Source: Methylophaga frappieri
GTDB lineage: Bacteria > Pseudomonadota > Gammaproteobacteria > Nitrosococcales > Methylophagaceae
Direction of reading: 5' to 3'
Assembly (NCBI RefSeq): GCF_000260965.1
Contig: NC_017856.1
Coordinates: 810,001 to 842,000, forward strand
DNA length: 32,000 bases
Shown here: positions 15,873 through 26,791 of the stretch, one piece after another
Numbering within the stretch: the stretch's first letter is position 1
Layout: each line of letters begins with the position of its first letter
Program-made: the position numbers and the translations under genes
The notes under the pieces: model-generated
What the model was told of the DNA's origin: nothing
Database searches by the model: none
The model's input: the letters and a program-made list of their open reading frames with translations, nothing else

Positions 15873-18011
15873 TTAAAATTCCGTTTCAAAAGTCAGGGTG
15901 ACTTTCAGTGGATCACCGAAATAACTTTGCTGGGGAGGACCGGAAACCCGGCTGTAATAGCGTTTATCGGTCAGGTTGGTGCCATTCAGAATAAAACGGC
16001 TGTCAGGACTTATCTGATAAGCCACCATGGCAGACAAGGTGGTGTAACCGCCCTGCTCCCATTTCACATTGCCTGATTCATAGAAGGTGCCACTGTTGTA
16101 CTCGACGCCCAGCCCGGCAGCCCACTGCTGGTTAAAGTTATATTTACCCCACAGTTTCAGGCTGTGCTCCGGTGCGTCGGGATTAAAAACGTTGCCTTCC
16201 GCATCAGGATCAGCCGCTTTGAGTTGCTCGGTATCGATGTAGGCATAGCCAGCCAATACATCCAGCTTGTCAAACAGGGTACCGGAAATCTCGGTTTCAA
16301 AACCCCGGGCGCGAACCTTGCCACCGGCAATTGAGAAAAGAGGATTGTTGGGATCACTGATGGCACGGTTCTCATCCGTCAGTTGGAATACCGCCAACTG
16401 GTAATTGGCTGCGCCGTTATTGAGCACTCCTTTCATCCCCACTTCATACTGGGTGCCGGTTCTAGGGTCGAGTAGTTTTTCGTTGGCATCCAGATTGGTT
16501 TGCGGCACAAATGACTCGGCCGCACTGACATAGACTGTGGTGGTGTCATTCAGATCATAAACCAGCCCGCCATATGGAGTGAACTCGTTATCAAACTCGG
16601 AAACAGAGCCCATGGCATCGGTTTTCCAGTCGGTAAAGCGGCCGCCCAGGATCAGTTTGGTCGCCTCTGTGAGGTTGGATGTGGTTTTGAAATACAGGCC
16701 GCGTTCACGGGTATCAGTTTTGCCAAATGAAAAGGCAGGAACCAGATTCGGTCTGGGATTGCTGGCAGAGTCCGGATCAAACACATTAATAGAGGGATAG
16801 GCAGTGTCGACCATGTAGCCTTTATTGTTATTTTCGGAATGGCTGCCATTGGCGCCCAGCAGAACCTTATGCTCCATTCCCAGAAAGGTCACTGGCAGGT
16901 TGATATGCGCATCAAAGCTGCTTTCCTCAAGTTCCTGATCCGCCGACAGCGACCAACGATCAACATCACCAGTCACCGGATCAATTGGCGAAGTAGTGTA
17001 GTTGAGCAGGTATCTCATATCACGGTCGCTGTGATTCAGGGTTACGACCGCTTCGGCACCGGAGTCAAAGTGATGTTCAAGCTCGACAAATTGACGACGC
17101 AAGCGACTTTCTTTGTAGTTGAAACCCGTACCGGTATATAAATCACGAGAAATTGGCGCAAACGAGCCATCAGCATAAAGCGGTACACCGACATACGGCG
17201 TGTCATCAGTGTCTTCCAGGCTGGCACCGACGGAAACCGTAGTGTCACTGCTCAGATCCAGTTCCAGCGTGCCGTAGAATACTTTCTTCTCCATATCCAC
17301 ATCATCGATATGCGAATCGCTATCTTCATAGGCGGCAACGGCACGACCACGTAATGTACCGGCATCATTCAAAGCGCCGGTCACGTCCAGATTCGTGCGG
17401 TAACCGGGCCAAGAGTTGGCAGATCCACGAAATGCAACTCTGTTCTCAGCCAGCGCCCGCTTACGAACCAGGTTGATAAAGCCACCCGGTTCACCGGAAC
17501 CTTGTAGCAAACCAGCCGGACCACGTAAAACTTCAACACGTTCATAAGCTGCCAAATCAGGCGCACCGTGTCCGTGTGTGCCGGAACCACTGGCTGAAGT
17601 TTCGATCCCGTCAATGTTGATCGTGTTGAGTTCAAAACCACGCATGATGTAGTTAGCGGTGCCAGTGCCAAATGTCTTGACGGTGACACCGGTGGTGTTC
17701 TGTAACGCATCGTTCAGGGTTAACAGGTTTTTGTCCTTGATTAACTGGCTGGTGATAACACTGACCGATTGCGGGATTGCACGTAAATTCTCTGCGCCTT
17801 TACCCAAGGTGACTGCACCGGTCGCATAAGAATTCGTTCCCTCAGTATTCAATGCCATATGCTCGGCTTGAACTTGAATCGCGGGCAGATCGTAGTTTTC
17901 TTTTTCTTCCGTGTCAGCAGCTGAAACGGCTACTGGCATAAGAGCAGAAGCAATTGTGGCAGAGAGAATGTGAGGTTTGTAATGTGTTAAAAATCGCTTT
18001 TGATTGGCCAT
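15873..18011 (-). CDS. TonB-dependent outer-membrane receptor (siderophore/metallophore-receptor type)
   Basis: 712 aa. It has a signal peptide (...ALMPVAVSAADT), plug-domain motifs (ERVEVLRGPAGLLQGSGEPGGFINLVRKR), a long beta-barrel region and a C-terminal aromatic residue (...TFETEF). Confidence 0.9.
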   Translation of the reverse strand: MANQKRFLTHYKPHILSATIASALMPVAVSAADTEEKENYDLPAIQVQAEHMALNTEGTNSYATGAVTLGKGAENLRAIPQSVSVITSQLIKDKNLLTLNDALQNTTGVTVKTFGTGTANYIMRGFELNTINIDGIETSASGSGTHGHGAPDLAAYERVEVLRGPAGLLQGSGEPGGFINLVRKRALAENRVAFRGSANSWPGYRTNLDVTGALNDAGTLRGRAVAAYEDSDSHIDDVDMEKKVFYGTLELDLSSDTTVSVGASLEDTDDTPYVGVPLYADGSFAPISRDLYTGTGFNYKESRLRRQFVELEHHFDSGAEAVVTLNHSDRDMRYLLNYTTSPIDPVTGDVDRWSLSADQELEESSFDAHINLPVTFLGMEHKVLLGANGSHSENNNKGYMVDTAYPSINVFDPDSASNPRPNLVPAFSFGKTDTRERGLYFKTTSNLTEATKLILGGRFTDWKTDAMGSVSEFDNEFTPYGGLVYDLNDTTTVYVSAAESFVPQTNLDANEKLLDPRTGTQYEVGMKGVLNNGAANYQLAVFQLTDENRAISDPNNPLFSIAGGKVRARGFETEISGTLFDKLDVLAGYAYIDTEQLKAADPDAEGNVFNPDAPEHSLKLWGKYNFNQQWAAGLGVEYNSGTFYESGNVKWEQGGYTTLSAMVAYQISPDSRFILNGTNLTDKRYYSRVSGPPQQSYFGDPLKVTLTFETEF

Positions 18012-18143
18012 TAGGAAAATGTCTCGTTATTTGTAGTTGTGTTGTCGACATATCGATCTATCAATCTGGCAGACAGAGACATCGATTTGAACCGTTTTCA
18101 ATAGGAAATTTACAGAAATCTTACGAAGTGTAAATATTTGTAA

Positions 18144-18160
18144 ATGATAATTGTTATCAT
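18144..18160. promoter_or_regulatory. Fur-box-like palindrome, box D: ATGATAATTGTTATCAT, in a divergent promoter region
   Basis: 7 of 8 arm pairs are complementary. The core TGATAATTGTTATCA matches the Fur 7-1-7 consensus TGATAATnATTATCA at 13 of 14 defined positions, but the recalled Zur core at only 9/15. It lies 133 nt upstream of the TBDR start and 104 nt upstream of the oxidoreductase ATG. Confidence 0.55.
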
Positions 18161-18263
18161 AAACAATTGCAATGCGAATTGTAAAAAAACTGAAAATTTG
18201 TCGTCACTTTGCGGAAACCAATCGATATTGAGTCTGTCCCAAGGCCAACATCGGGATAAAAAC

Positions 18264-19250
18264 ATGTCTGAATCGTTAGCCATCATTGGCGCCGGGTTAA
18301 GTGGTTTAACCGTGGCCAGAGCATTAGATAACCGGTTTAATATCAAGATATTTGAAAAATCAACCAAACCGGGCGGCCGGATAGCAAGTCGGGCTGTTTC
18401 AGGGACTACTTTCGATCATGGTGCCCAGTTTTTCACCGCCAAATCAGCGTCTTTCCAGCAATTTATTACACCGTTGCTTAGAGCAGGTCTGATTGCGGAT
18501 TGGCAGGCACGTTTTGCAGAGTTTGATGCAGGGAAAATGGTAAATGCACGCAAATGGGACGCTGCGTTTCCACATTACGTTGGCGTTCCCGCAATGGCTG
18601 CCATTGGTGAAGCGTTGGCGACAGATTTACCGATAGAATACAACTGTCAAATAGTGAGCGTGTTTCAAGACGATCAGAAATGGTACTTAGTCGATAAGAC
18701 CGGCAAGATATCCCCCCCTTTTGATTGGTTAATTATCGCTTTGCCTGCTGAGCAGACACGCGAGCTCATTCCAACTGAGGTCAGTTTTTATCAAGACATG
18801 TTACAAATTAACATGTTGCCTTGTTATGCTCTGATGGTTTCGCTGACTCAGGATCCTGAGTTTGAGTGTGATGCCGCATTGGTCAAAAATAGAAAACTAA
18901 GTTGGATTTCGGTTAATCACACCAAGCCCGGCAGACAGGGGTTTGGCATCGTCGCGCATGCCGCCAATCATTGGGCCCTGGAAAACCTCACCAAACCGCT
19001 ACCAGAGGTGAAAGCATCTCTGCTTAGAACGCTCATAGAGATAACCAATCTCAGTTCATCAATCATTCAGGAAACAGATGTTAAACGCTGGGTTTATGCT
19101 AATAGCCCACGGCAGGATGGCTCTGCTTATTTTATTGATGATAAAAAGCATATTGCCGCATGTGGCGACTGGTGTCTTATCGGTCGAATTGAGGCCGCTT
19201 ATACCAGTGCTTCTCTGTTAGCAGAGCGTCTTTTTGTAGTCATGCACTAA
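18264..19250 (+). CDS. NAD(P)/FAD-dependent oxidoreductase (renalase-like, COG3380-type)
   Basis: N-terminal LAIIGAGLSGLTVA dinucleotide fold, EKSTKPGGRIASR and FDHGAQFFTA. The preferred start is the ATG at 18264 (MSESLAIIG...). The 40-codon extension back to 18144 runs across the palindromic operator. Confidence 0.6.
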   Translation: MSESLAIIGAGLSGLTVARALDNRFNIKIFEKSTKPGGRIASRAVSGTTFDHGAQFFTAKSASFQQFITPLLRAGLIADWQARFAEFDAGKMVNARKWDAAFPHYVGVPAMAAIGEALATDLPIEYNCQIVSVFQDDQKWYLVDKTGKISPPFDWLIIALPAEQTRELIPTEVSFYQDMLQINMLPCYALMVSLTQDPEFECDAALVKNRKLSWISVNHTKPGRQGFGIVAHAANHWALENLTKPLPEVKASLLRTLIEITNLSSSIIQETDVKRWVYANSPRQDGSAYFIDDKKHIAACGDWCLIGRIEAAYTSASLLAERLFVVMH

Positions 19251-19447
19251 ATCATTGGTATAAATTTCAATCTGTTTCGCTTTGTAAAAAAACAACGGCC
19301 TGCTCATTGGGAATCGATTCACTTTACTTGCGTCTTCACTTGGTATTCTTGAGTTCTACGGCTCATGGCGCTATTGCCGCGAAAAATAACTTGATTGAAA
19401 ACATGTTTTAATGGACCTCATCGTGATCTCAATGAAAAGGTTACATT

Positions 19448-20863
19448 ATGGGCAAAATGAACCGTGCATTGATGCTTGATACGTTGACACATCAGCGTCA
19501 GTCATTTTTGACGAAAGGCACCCCAACCGTACAAAAGCGTCGTTCTGATTTAAAAAAACTCCGCCTTGCGATTGTGAGCAATAGACAAGCCATAGAGGAT
19601 GCCTTAATTGCTGATTTTGGCAGCCGATCTCGACATGAAACAGTCATTACGGAAATCATGACCTTGCTTAATGGCATTGACTATCTGCACAAAAATTTAC
19701 GTCGCTTTATGCGTTCGGAACGCCGACATGTTCCCTTGAATTTTCAACCTGCCAAAGCATATGTTACCTATCAGCCTTTAGGCGTAATCGGCATAATCAG
19801 TCCGTGGAATTTTCCGGTCGCATTGGCTTTAATGCCATTGGCAACGGCTTTGGCAGCAGGGAACCGGGCAATGCTCAAGCCCTCTGAACTGACGCCTCAT
19901 ACCAGTCAGCTTTTGGAAGAGATACTCTCCGATTCCTTTAGCCCAGAAGACGTGGCTGTCGTCCAGGGCGACGCCGACACGGGTAAACAGTTCTCTCAGC
20001 TTCCATTTGACCATTTATTCTTCACGGGCAGTACTCAGGTTGCCCGTCACGTTATGCGCGCAGCGAGCGAAAATCTCGTTCCGGTGACGCTTGAGTTGGG
20101 TGGTAAATCGCCCGTTGTTATCGATCCTGATCATCCAATAGATCATGCTGCCAAACAAATAGCTTATGGCAAATTAGCGAATAGTGGACAAGTCTGCATC
20201 GCACCAGATTACGCTTTTGTACCTGAAAGCAAATTGGCGCAATTTATTGCTGATTATGATGCTGCGGTAAAGTCGGCCTATCCCGATGGCCCAGACTCCC
20301 ATGAGTTTACATCACTTATCAACCATGCTCACTTCGATCGACTCACTGCTTTAATCGAAGATGCCAAACAACATGGTGCACGTATTGAAAACGTTGGTTT
20401 TTCTCCAGAGCACGCAAAAAATCGGGAAAAAACGATTGCGCCAAGCTTGGTGCTTGACGCAACCAATACCATGAAAATCATGCAAGAAGAAATTTTCGGA
20501 CCAATTCTTCCGGTGATTACTTATCAGAACATTGACCAAGTCATTGACTTTATCAATGCGAAATCCCGTCCCTTGGCTCTTTATTATTTCGGGCCTGAAA
20601 ATAAAAACCGTCAGCGGCTGTTGACGCAAACTACCTCAGGCAATGTGACCGTGAATGGCACAATTTTGCATGTCGCAATAGATGATCTACCTTTTGGCGG
20701 TGTTGGATTAAGTGGCATGGGCGCCTATCACGGTATTGAAGGTTTTCGAACCATGTCTCATGCAAAAGGCATTTTTGAGATGAAAAAGTGGAATTTAAGC
20801 CAGGTGCTCACGCCCCCGTTCGGTAAGTTTGCCAACCTGCTCATGAAACTGCTGATTAGATAA
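19448..20863 (+). CDS. NAD(P)+-dependent aldehyde dehydrogenase (ALDH3 / coniferyl-aldehyde dehydrogenase-like)
   Basis: 471 aa with SPWNFP, FTGST, catalytic Glu context LELGGKSP, catalytic Cys context GQVCIAPDY, and EEIFGP. Confidence 0.8.
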   Translation: MGKMNRALMLDTLTHQRQSFLTKGTPTVQKRRSDLKKLRLAIVSNRQAIEDALIADFGSRSRHETVITEIMTLLNGIDYLHKNLRRFMRSERRHVPLNFQPAKAYVTYQPLGVIGIISPWNFPVALALMPLATALAAGNRAMLKPSELTPHTSQLLEEILSDSFSPEDVAVVQGDADTGKQFSQLPFDHLFFTGSTQVARHVMRAASENLVPVTLELGGKSPVVIDPDHPIDHAAKQIAYGKLANSGQVCIAPDYAFVPESKLAQFIADYDAAVKSAYPDGPDSHEFTSLINHAHFDRLTALIEDAKQHGARIENVGFSPEHAKNREKTIAPSLVLDATNTMKIMQEEIFGPILPVITYQNIDQVIDFINAKSRPLALYYFGPENKNRQRLLTQTTSGNVTVNGTILHVAIDDLPFGGVGLSGMGAYHGIEGFRTMSHAKGIFEMKKWNLSQVLTPPFGKFANLLMKLLIR

Positions 20864-20924
20864 AGTTAATGCTCTCACCAGCAGATATGGCGAAAGGAGT
20901 TTTTGACTGTAAAGCCAGTAAAAA

Positions 20925-21001
20925 TGGCACGCCCGGCAGGACTCGAACCTGCTACCCTCGGCTTAGAAGGCCGATGCTCTATCCGGATGAGCTACGGGCG
21001 C
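20925..21001 (-). tRNA. tRNA-Arg (anticodon UCU)
   Basis: The reverse complement, GCGCCCGTAGCTCATCCGGATAGAGCATCGGCCTTCTAAGCCGAGGGTAGCAGGTTCGAGTCCTGCCGGGCGTGCCA, folds as a cloverleaf. The anticodon loop is CTTCTAA, the T-loop is GGTTCGAGTCC, and CCA is encoded. Confidence 0.9.
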
Positions 21002-21040
21002 ATCGTGTTGGCAAAGCGTTATGGTAACGTATTCAGGAAG

Positions 21041-21117
<77 letters not shown>

Positions 21118-21152
21118 ACATTTCAAGGACAGACATCCCCGAAGAAGGCGAA

Positions 21153-21181
21153 ATAATACGCTGACCCTGTTCTTGAGTCAA
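21153..21181 (-). promoter_or_regulatory. Sigma70-type promoter for the tRNA-Pro / tRNA-Arg transcription unit
   Basis: On the minus strand: TTGACT (21176-21181), a 17-nt spacer, TATTAT (21153-21158), then a GC-rich discriminator-like stretch about 30 nt upstream of the mature tRNA-Pro 5' end. Confidence 0.5.
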
Positions 21182-21256
21182 CAGGATGCCGATATTTTTT
21201 GCCGTGATTTTCGTAACGTGCGATCATGGGCGCTTTTTCTTCGCCGGAATTGATTG

Positions 21257-22114
21257 ATGACCGCCCAAATCCTCGATGGCAAAGCCATTGCCACTGAACT
21301 CAAACAAAAAATCCGAGCAGCTACCCAAATGCGTCTTGCTACGGGTAAACGTGCACCAGGCCTTGCTGTGGTTCTTATTGGTGATAATGCCGCCTCACAA
21401 GTCTACGTAAATAATAAAAGAAAAAGTTGTGAACAGGTCGGCTTCAAATCCGTTGCTTACGACTTACCGGCCGACACCTCAGAATCCGCGTTAATGGCAC
21501 TGATTGATAAACTGAACGCTGACGATGAAATTGATGGCATTCTCGTACAGCTACCTCTTCCAGCACAGATTGAAACCGATGCGGTAATTGAGCGGATTGC
21601 GCCCCATAAAGATGTTGATGGCTTTCACCCTTACAATATTGGTCGACTGGCACAACGTGCCCCTGTTCTTCGGCCTTGTACGCCAAAGGGAATCATTACC
21701 CTATTAAAAAGCACAGAAATCGACCTAAAAGGTAAAGAGGCGGTTGTTGTTGGCGCCTCAAATATCGTGGGTCGCCCAATGGCGCTAGAGTTGCTATTAG
21801 CCGGTTGTACTACGACCGTCTGTCATCGCTGGACAAACAACCTTGAAGAACAGGTACGGCGAGCTGAAGTATTGGTTGTTGCCGTTGGTAAACCTGGCTT
21901 TATTCCTGGCGATTGGGTTAAACCGGGCGCCATTGTGATTGATGTCGGTATTAACCGGTTGGCTAGTGGCAAATTGACTGGTGATGTGGATTTTGAGGTC
22001 GCCAAGCAACATGCCTCTTGGATTACACCGGTTCCAGGCGGGGTGGGACCAATGACAGTCGCAACCCTGCTCGAAAATACACTCTATGCGGCAGAACATC
22101 TGCACGACGCATAA
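21257..22114 (+). CDS. folD: Bifunctional 5,10-methylene-tetrahydrofolate dehydrogenase / cyclohydrolase
   Basis: [48 protein letters not shown] and [12 protein letters not shown]. The ATG at 21257 is preferred over the TTG at 21254. Confidence 0.95.
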   Translation: MTAQILDGKAIATELKQKIRAATQMRLATGKRAPGLAVVLIGDNAASQVYVNNKRKSCEQVGFKSVAYDLPADTSESALMALIDKLNADDEIDGILVQLPLPAQIETDAVIERIAPHKDVDGFHPYNIGRLAQRAPVLRPCTPKGIITLLKSTEIDLKGKEAVVVGASNIVGRPMALELLLAGCTTTVCHRWTNNLEEQVRRAEVLVVAVGKPGFIPGDWVKPGAIVIDVGINRLASGKLTGDVDFEVAKQHASWITPVPGGVGPMTVATLLENTLYAAEHLHDA

Positions 22115-22127
22115 TAATCGCTGCAAT

Positions 22128-22156
22128 AAAAAAGCCCGGGGTGACCGGGCTTTTTT
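22128..22156. terminator. Bidirectional intrinsic terminator between convergent folD and cysS
   Basis: AAAAAA-GCCCGG-ggtga-CCGGGC-TTTTTT: a perfect GC-rich hairpin flanked by an A6 run and a T6 run. Confidence 0.85.
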
Positions 22157-22183
22157 AAATTATGGCTATAAGCAGCTCTGCTT

Positions 22184-23578
22184 TTAGCTTCGTCGCCAGC
22201 TGGTTTTACCCGCCGCATCCTCCAGCACTATGCCCATCTCTGTTAACTGATCACGAATTTCATCGGCACGAGCCCAGTTTTTATCCGCTCTTGCCTGATT
22301 ACGTTCGGCCACCAAAGCGTCTATCTCTGCCGCTTCATCATCTGAGCCGGTATCGCCGACCAGAAAGGCATCCGCATTTTGCTGGAACAGACCCAGTACA
22401 TCACCGAATGACAATAACAGACCGGCATAATACGCCGCCTGCTCAATGCCCTGACCACGTTCAAAAGCTTTGTTCAGCGCTTGGCGAACATCAGCCATAA
22501 CTGACAAAGCCAGAGCGGTGTTGAAATCATCATCCATCGCCTCCTTGAAACGTGGCCCGAATTCTTTATCCTCCTGCCAGCGGACTTCTTCCTGCGGTTG
22601 CACTTCGCGCAGTGAAGTATAGAAACGGGTCAACGCCGCTTTCGCTTGCTCCAGTTGATCTTCTGCGTAATTCAACGGGCTGCGGTAGTGACTCGACAAA
22701 ATAAAGTAACGCACGGCTTCTGCCGGATACAGCTCCAGCACTTCGCGGACGGTGAAGAAATTGCCCAGTGATTTGGACATTTTTTCATCATCAATGCGGA
22801 CAAAACCGTTGTGCATCCAATAGTTTACTGACTGACAGCCATGTGCGCCTTCAGACTGCGCAATTTCATTCTCATGATGTGGGAACTGCAAATCCTGACC
22901 ACCACCATGAATATCAAAATGCTCACCCAGGCAGTTGGCAGACATCGCTGAACACTCAATATGCCAGCCGGGACGTCCCAGCCCCCAAGGTGATTCCCAC
23001 GCAGGTTCACCGGCTTTGGCGGCTTTCCACAATACAAAATCCAGTGGGTCAGTTTTGGCTTCATTCACCGCAACGCGTTCACCGGCACGCAGTTCATTCA
23101 CATCGCGACCGGACAACTTGCCGTAGCTAGGAAACTCACTGACATCATAATAGACATCGCCATTGTCGGCAGTATAGGCCAGCCCCTTATCAATCAGAGT
23201 CTGAACCATTTCCAGAATTTCACCCATCGACTCAGTGGCTTTAGGCTCATAATCAGGCTTCAAAACACCAAGCGCATCGGCATCACGATGCATTTCAGCG
23301 ATATAACGCTCCGTTAATGCCTCGATGGTTTCACCATTTTCTGTAGCGCGTTTGATGATCTTGTCATCGATATCGGTAATGTTGCGTACATAAGTCACGT
23401 CATAGCCTGATGCACGGAGATACCTTGTCACCACATCAAACACCACCATGACACGGGCATGACCAACATGACACAAGTCATACACGGTCATCCCGCAGAC
23501 GTACATATTGACCTTGCCTTCCTGCAAAGGCTTAAAGACTTCTTTCTCTTTAGAGAGTGTGTTGTGGATTTTTAGCAT
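22184..23578 (-). CDS. cysS: Cysteinyl-tRNA synthetase
   Basis: HIGH-type motif (CHVGHAR), KMSKS, and canonical Zn-ligand contexts retained ([30 protein letters not shown]). The start shares one nucleotide with the glnS stop (TAATG). Confidence 0.95.
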   Translation of the reverse strand: MLKIHNTLSKEKEVFKPLQEGKVNMYVCGMTVYDLCHVGHARVMVVFDVVTRYLRASGYDVTYVRNITDIDDKIIKRATENGETIEALTERYIAEMHRDADALGVLKPDYEPKATESMGEILEMVQTLIDKGLAYTADNGDVYYDVSEFPSYGKLSGRDVNELRAGERVAVNEAKTDPLDFVLWKAAKAGEPAWESPWGLGRPGWHIECSAMSANCLGEHFDIHGGGQDLQFPHHENEIAQSEGAHGCQSVNYWMHNGFVRIDDEKMSKSLGNFFTVREVLELYPAEAVRYFILSSHYRSPLNYAEDQLEQAKAALTRFYTSLREVQPQEEVRWQEDKEFGPRFKEAMDDDFNTALALSVMADVRQALNKAFERGQGIEQAAYYAGLLLSFGDVLGLFQQNADAFLVGDTGSDDEAAEIDALVAERNQARADKNWARADEIRDQLTEMGIVLEDAAGKTSWRRS

Positions 23579-25251
23579 TACTTATTTTTTGAAATATCTT
23601 CTTTTAGACCAATGGTCAGGTTGAATACTGGCGAGTCAGCGCTATGATCATAGCGGTCACTGACAAAGTAGCCCTCGCGCTCAAACTGAAACGCCGTTTC
23701 CGGTTCACAGCCTACAATCGCTGGCTCTGCAATCGCTTTAATGACTGTTAAGGAATCCGGGTTGATGTCATCCAGATAGTTGCCAGTGACTTTACCCGGC
23801 GCTTCCGTCTGGAACAGTCTCTCATACAAGCGTAATTCGACTTCTTTTCCTTCTGTCGCTGACACCCAATGAATAACACCCCGCGGTTTCATTTCTGGCG
23901 GTGGGTTCTGGCCAACGGTATCAGGAACCAGTGAAGCAATCACCTCAATCACCTCACCCTTATCATTTTTGATGACCTCATCGGCCTTGATGACATAGGC
24001 GCCGCGTAATCGCACGTAATCGCCGATGACCAGCCGTTTAAACTTTTTACGGCTAAGACTTATGTCTTCAGTAAAGTCCGACGCATCAATAAAGATGTCT
24101 TTTGTAAACGGCAACGAACGGTTACCCATCGCTTCCTGTTGCGGGTGATTTGCCACCTCAAGCCACTCCGGCGTATCAGCCGCGTTGGTAATCGTTACTT
24201 TCAACGGATTAAGCACACACATTGCACGCGCGGCGTTGTCATTCAGATCTTTACGGATCTCAAATTCCAATTGTGCAATGTCGACGACACCATCGGTTTT
24301 CGCTACCGCGAGACCGTCACAAAAAGCTCGTAACGCCGCCGCGCTGTAACCCCGTCTTCTCATCCCTGAAATCGTTGGCATTCTGGGATCATTCCAGCCA
24401 GCAACAATCTGCTCGTCAACCAGTTGCTTCAGGTTGCGCTTGCTGGTCACTGTGTAGTTGATGTTCAGACGGCCAAATTCATACTGCTTTGGTTTTGAAG
24501 GCACCGGCAGGTTATCGATAAACCACTCATACAACGGACGGTGATCCTGAAACTCCAATGTACAGATGCTGTGGGTAACACCCTCAATCGCATCGCCCTG
24601 GCCATGGGCAAAGTCATAGCTCGGGTAAATACACCACTTATCACCGGTTTGATGGTGGTGCTTCTTACGGATGCGATACAGAATCGGATCACGCATATTC
24701 ATATTCGGTGATGCCATGTCGATTTTCGCGCGCAGCACACAAAAACCTTCATCGAACTCGCCCTGCTTCATTTTTTCAAACAGCACGAGGTTTTCATCGA
24801 CTGTGCGATCGCGAAAAGGTGACTCTTTACCGGGCTTGGTCGCCCAGCCGCGGTATTCACTGGCCTGTTCGGGGCTCAGATCACAAACATAGGCTTTGCC
24901 TTGCTTGATAAGGTGAATAGCCCAATCGTAAAACTGCTCGAAGTAGCTTGATGCGTAACGTTCCTGACCAGTCCATTGAAAGCCAAGCCACTGCACATCT
25001 TCTTTAATCGCTTCGATAAATTCCTGCTCTTCTTTCGCAGGGTTGGTGTCATCAAAGCGTAAGTTGCATTCGCCGCCAAATTCCTCAGCGAGGCCGAAAT
25101 TCAGACAAATCGACTTGGCATGTCCAATATGCAGATAGCCGTTGGGTTCGGGAGGAAAACGGGTAACCACTTTTCCGGAGACCCTACCAGCATCAAGGTC
25201 TTCCTGAATAATAGGACGAATGAAATTATGATTAACAGCAGTTTCCGACAT
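23578..25251 (-). CDS. glnS: Glutaminyl-tRNA synthetase
   Basis: [16 protein letters not shown] (HIGH), VTSKRNL (MSK-type), with length and overall pattern typical of GlnRS. Confidence 0.95.
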   Translation of the reverse strand: MSETAVNHNFIRPIIQEDLDAGRVSGKVVTRFPPEPNGYLHIGHAKSICLNFGLAEEFGGECNLRFDDTNPAKEEQEFIEAIKEDVQWLGFQWTGQERYASSYFEQFYDWAIHLIKQGKAYVCDLSPEQASEYRGWATKPGKESPFRDRTVDENLVLFEKMKQGEFDEGFCVLRAKIDMASPNMNMRDPILYRIRKKHHHQTGDKWCIYPSYDFAHGQGDAIEGVTHSICTLEFQDHRPLYEWFIDNLPVPSKPKQYEFGRLNINYTVTSKRNLKQLVDEQIVAGWNDPRMPTISGMRRRGYSAAALRAFCDGLAVAKTDGVVDIAQLEFEIRKDLNDNAARAMCVLNPLKVTITNAADTPEWLEVANHPQQEAMGNRSLPFTKDIFIDASDFTEDISLSRKKFKRLVIGDYVRLRGAYVIKADEVIKNDKGEVIEVIASLVPDTVGQNPPPEMKPRGVIHWVSATEGKEVELRLYERLFQTEAPGKVTGNYLDDINPDSLTVIKAIAEPAIVGCEPETAFQFEREGYFVSDRYDHSADSPVFNLTIGLKEDISKNK

Positions 25252-25417
25252 AGCGAATGATAAATTTAGATAAAAACGCGCATTATACGCTGTCAGTCGT
25301 GTCGGAAGTAGCGCTGTTTCGTGGTCTTTTGTCTGATAAAAGCGCTTTGTAGTGTTCGCCTGAATCCCTCAGATGCACTATGATGACGGTTTTCAACGAA
25401 CTCGGACGCAAGCTGAT

Positions 25418-25993
25418 ATGAAATTACTCTACCGCCACCTGGCTCCCCTGTTTTTTGCCTCATTCTCTCTGGCAGCGAATGCTGAAGGTGTTGCTGCACC
25501 TCAGGTTAAGCTGGAAACCAGCATGGGTGACATCGTCATCGAATTGAATAAAGACAAAGCCCCCAACACGGTGGCTAACTTCATCAGCTATGTGGAAGAC
25601 GGTTTTTACAACGGCACTATCTTCCACCGCGTCATTGAAAACTTTATGATTCAAGGCGGTGGTTTTACTGAAAGCTTTCAGCAAAAACAAACCCAAGCTG
25701 CCATTGAAAACGAGGCGGATAATGGCTTGACCAACAAGCGTGGCGCTATCGCCATGGCGCGGACTAATGATCCCCATTCGGCCACCGCGCAGTTTTTTAT
25801 AAACACTGTCGATAACGATTTTCTCGACTTTAAAAACAAAACCTCAACTGGCTGGGGCTATGCCGTATTTGGTGAAGTCATTGAAGGCATGGATGTCGTG
25901 GATAAAATTCGCACCGTCGACACGACGATGCGTGGACCACACCAGGATGTACCAGCGGAAGATGTGGTCATCATCAAAGCCAGCATGATTTAG
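25418..25993 (+). CDS. ppiA: Periplasmic cyclophilin-type peptidyl-prolyl cis-trans isomerase
   Basis: Signal peptide [22 protein letters not shown], then [33 protein letters not shown] and GYAVFGEV. The ATG at 25418 is preferred over the ORF-track start at 25373. Confidence 0.9.
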   Translation: MKLLYRHLAPLFFASFSLAANAEGVAAPQVKLETSMGDIVIELNKDKAPNTVANFISYVEDGFYNGTIFHRVIENFMIQGGGFTESFQQKQTQAAIENEADNGLTNKRGAIAMARTNDPHSATAQFFINTVDNDFLDFKNKTSTGWGYAVFGEVIEGMDVVDKIRTVDTTMRGPHQDVPAEDVVIIKASMI

Positions 25994-26035
25994 AGAGCGC
26001 TTGCCCGCTTTCAGCGAGAGAGTGGGCAATCTGCA

Positions 26036-26791
26036 ATGCGTAGTCTGTTTATCTCCGATCTGCATTTGAGTCCGACGCAACCGGAATTAACCAAATGCGT
26101 CTGTGACTTTTTATCGCAACAAGTCGGTAAGATTGCCCATCTCTATATCCTTGGAGATATTTTTAACACCTGGTTAGGGGATGATTTAGTTGAACCTGCT
26201 TACAGCCCTTTTCTGAAGGTGCTGAACACGTTGGCTGACAACCACACGCAAATTTTCCTCATGCAAGGCAATCGGGATTTTATGCTTGGCAAACGATTTG
26301 CCCGATCAGTTGGTGCAACATGGCTGGCAGATCCCACGCGGCACGAATTAGATGGCTTGCCGGTTTTATTGATGCATGGCGACAGTCTTTGCACTGATGA
26401 CATCAGTTATCAACGCTATCGGCGTATTGTCAGAAACCGCCCGTTGCAGTGGCTATTTCTTCGCTTGCCGAAAGGCGTTCGCATGCGGATTTCCGATCAA
26501 ATCAAAGCCAGCAGCCAGCGTCAAAAGCAATATAAAACCAAGGCCATTATGGATGTTAATACCGATGCCGTAAGCCAGACTTTTCAACACTTTGACGTAC
26601 CCATCATTATTCATGGTCACACGCATCGGCCAGCCATTCATCACGTCCCCTTTAAAAACCAGCCGCACTACCGGATTGTGTTGGGGGACTGGCAAACGAC
26701 ACCAACGTATTTGCTTGTTGAAAACGGCAAATTTACGTTGGTTGACGTGCGGTTAGCAGCGGGCGAAGAAACGATTACGGTGCCAAACTAG
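26036..26791 (+). CDS. lpxH: UDP-2,3-diacylglucosamine diphosphatase
   Basis: Calcineurin-like phosphoesterase motifs LFISDLHL, GDIFNTWLGDD, GNRDF, MHGD and HGHTH. The ppi-lpxH synteny seen in E. coli is conserved. Confidence 0.9.
   Translation: MRSLFISDLHLSPTQPELTKCVCDFLSQQVGKIAHLYILGDIFNTWLGDDLVEPAYSPFLKVLNTLADNHTQIFLMQGNRDFMLGKRFARSVGATWLADPTRHELDGLPVLLMHGDSLCTDDISYQRYRRIVRNRPLQWLFLRLPKGVRMRISDQIKASSQRQKQYKTKAIMDVNTDAVSQTFQHFDVPIIIHGHTHRPAIHHVPFKNQPHYRIVLGDWQTTPTYLLVENGKFTLVDVRLAAGEETITVPN

Noticed and set aside
15873-18011. Calling the TonB-dependent receptor a ZnuD-type zinc receptor and part of the Zur regulon
   Set aside because: The only operator-like site upstream (18144-18160) fits the Fur consensus much better than the Zur-like boxes. 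The gene also has its own terminator and is separated from the dksA2 operon by about 500 nt. The question is left open as a finding rather than asserted.
18144-18263. 40-codon N-terminal extension of the renalase-like ORF, plus comparable ORF-track extensions at 1465-1515, 3803-3829, 14927-14947, 15315-15353 and 25373-25417
   Set aside because: The extensions precede the conserved N-termini (dinucleotide fold, Walker A, signal peptide). Some use non-ATG starts, and one overlaps an operator-like palindrome. Internal ATG starts fit homologue lengths better.
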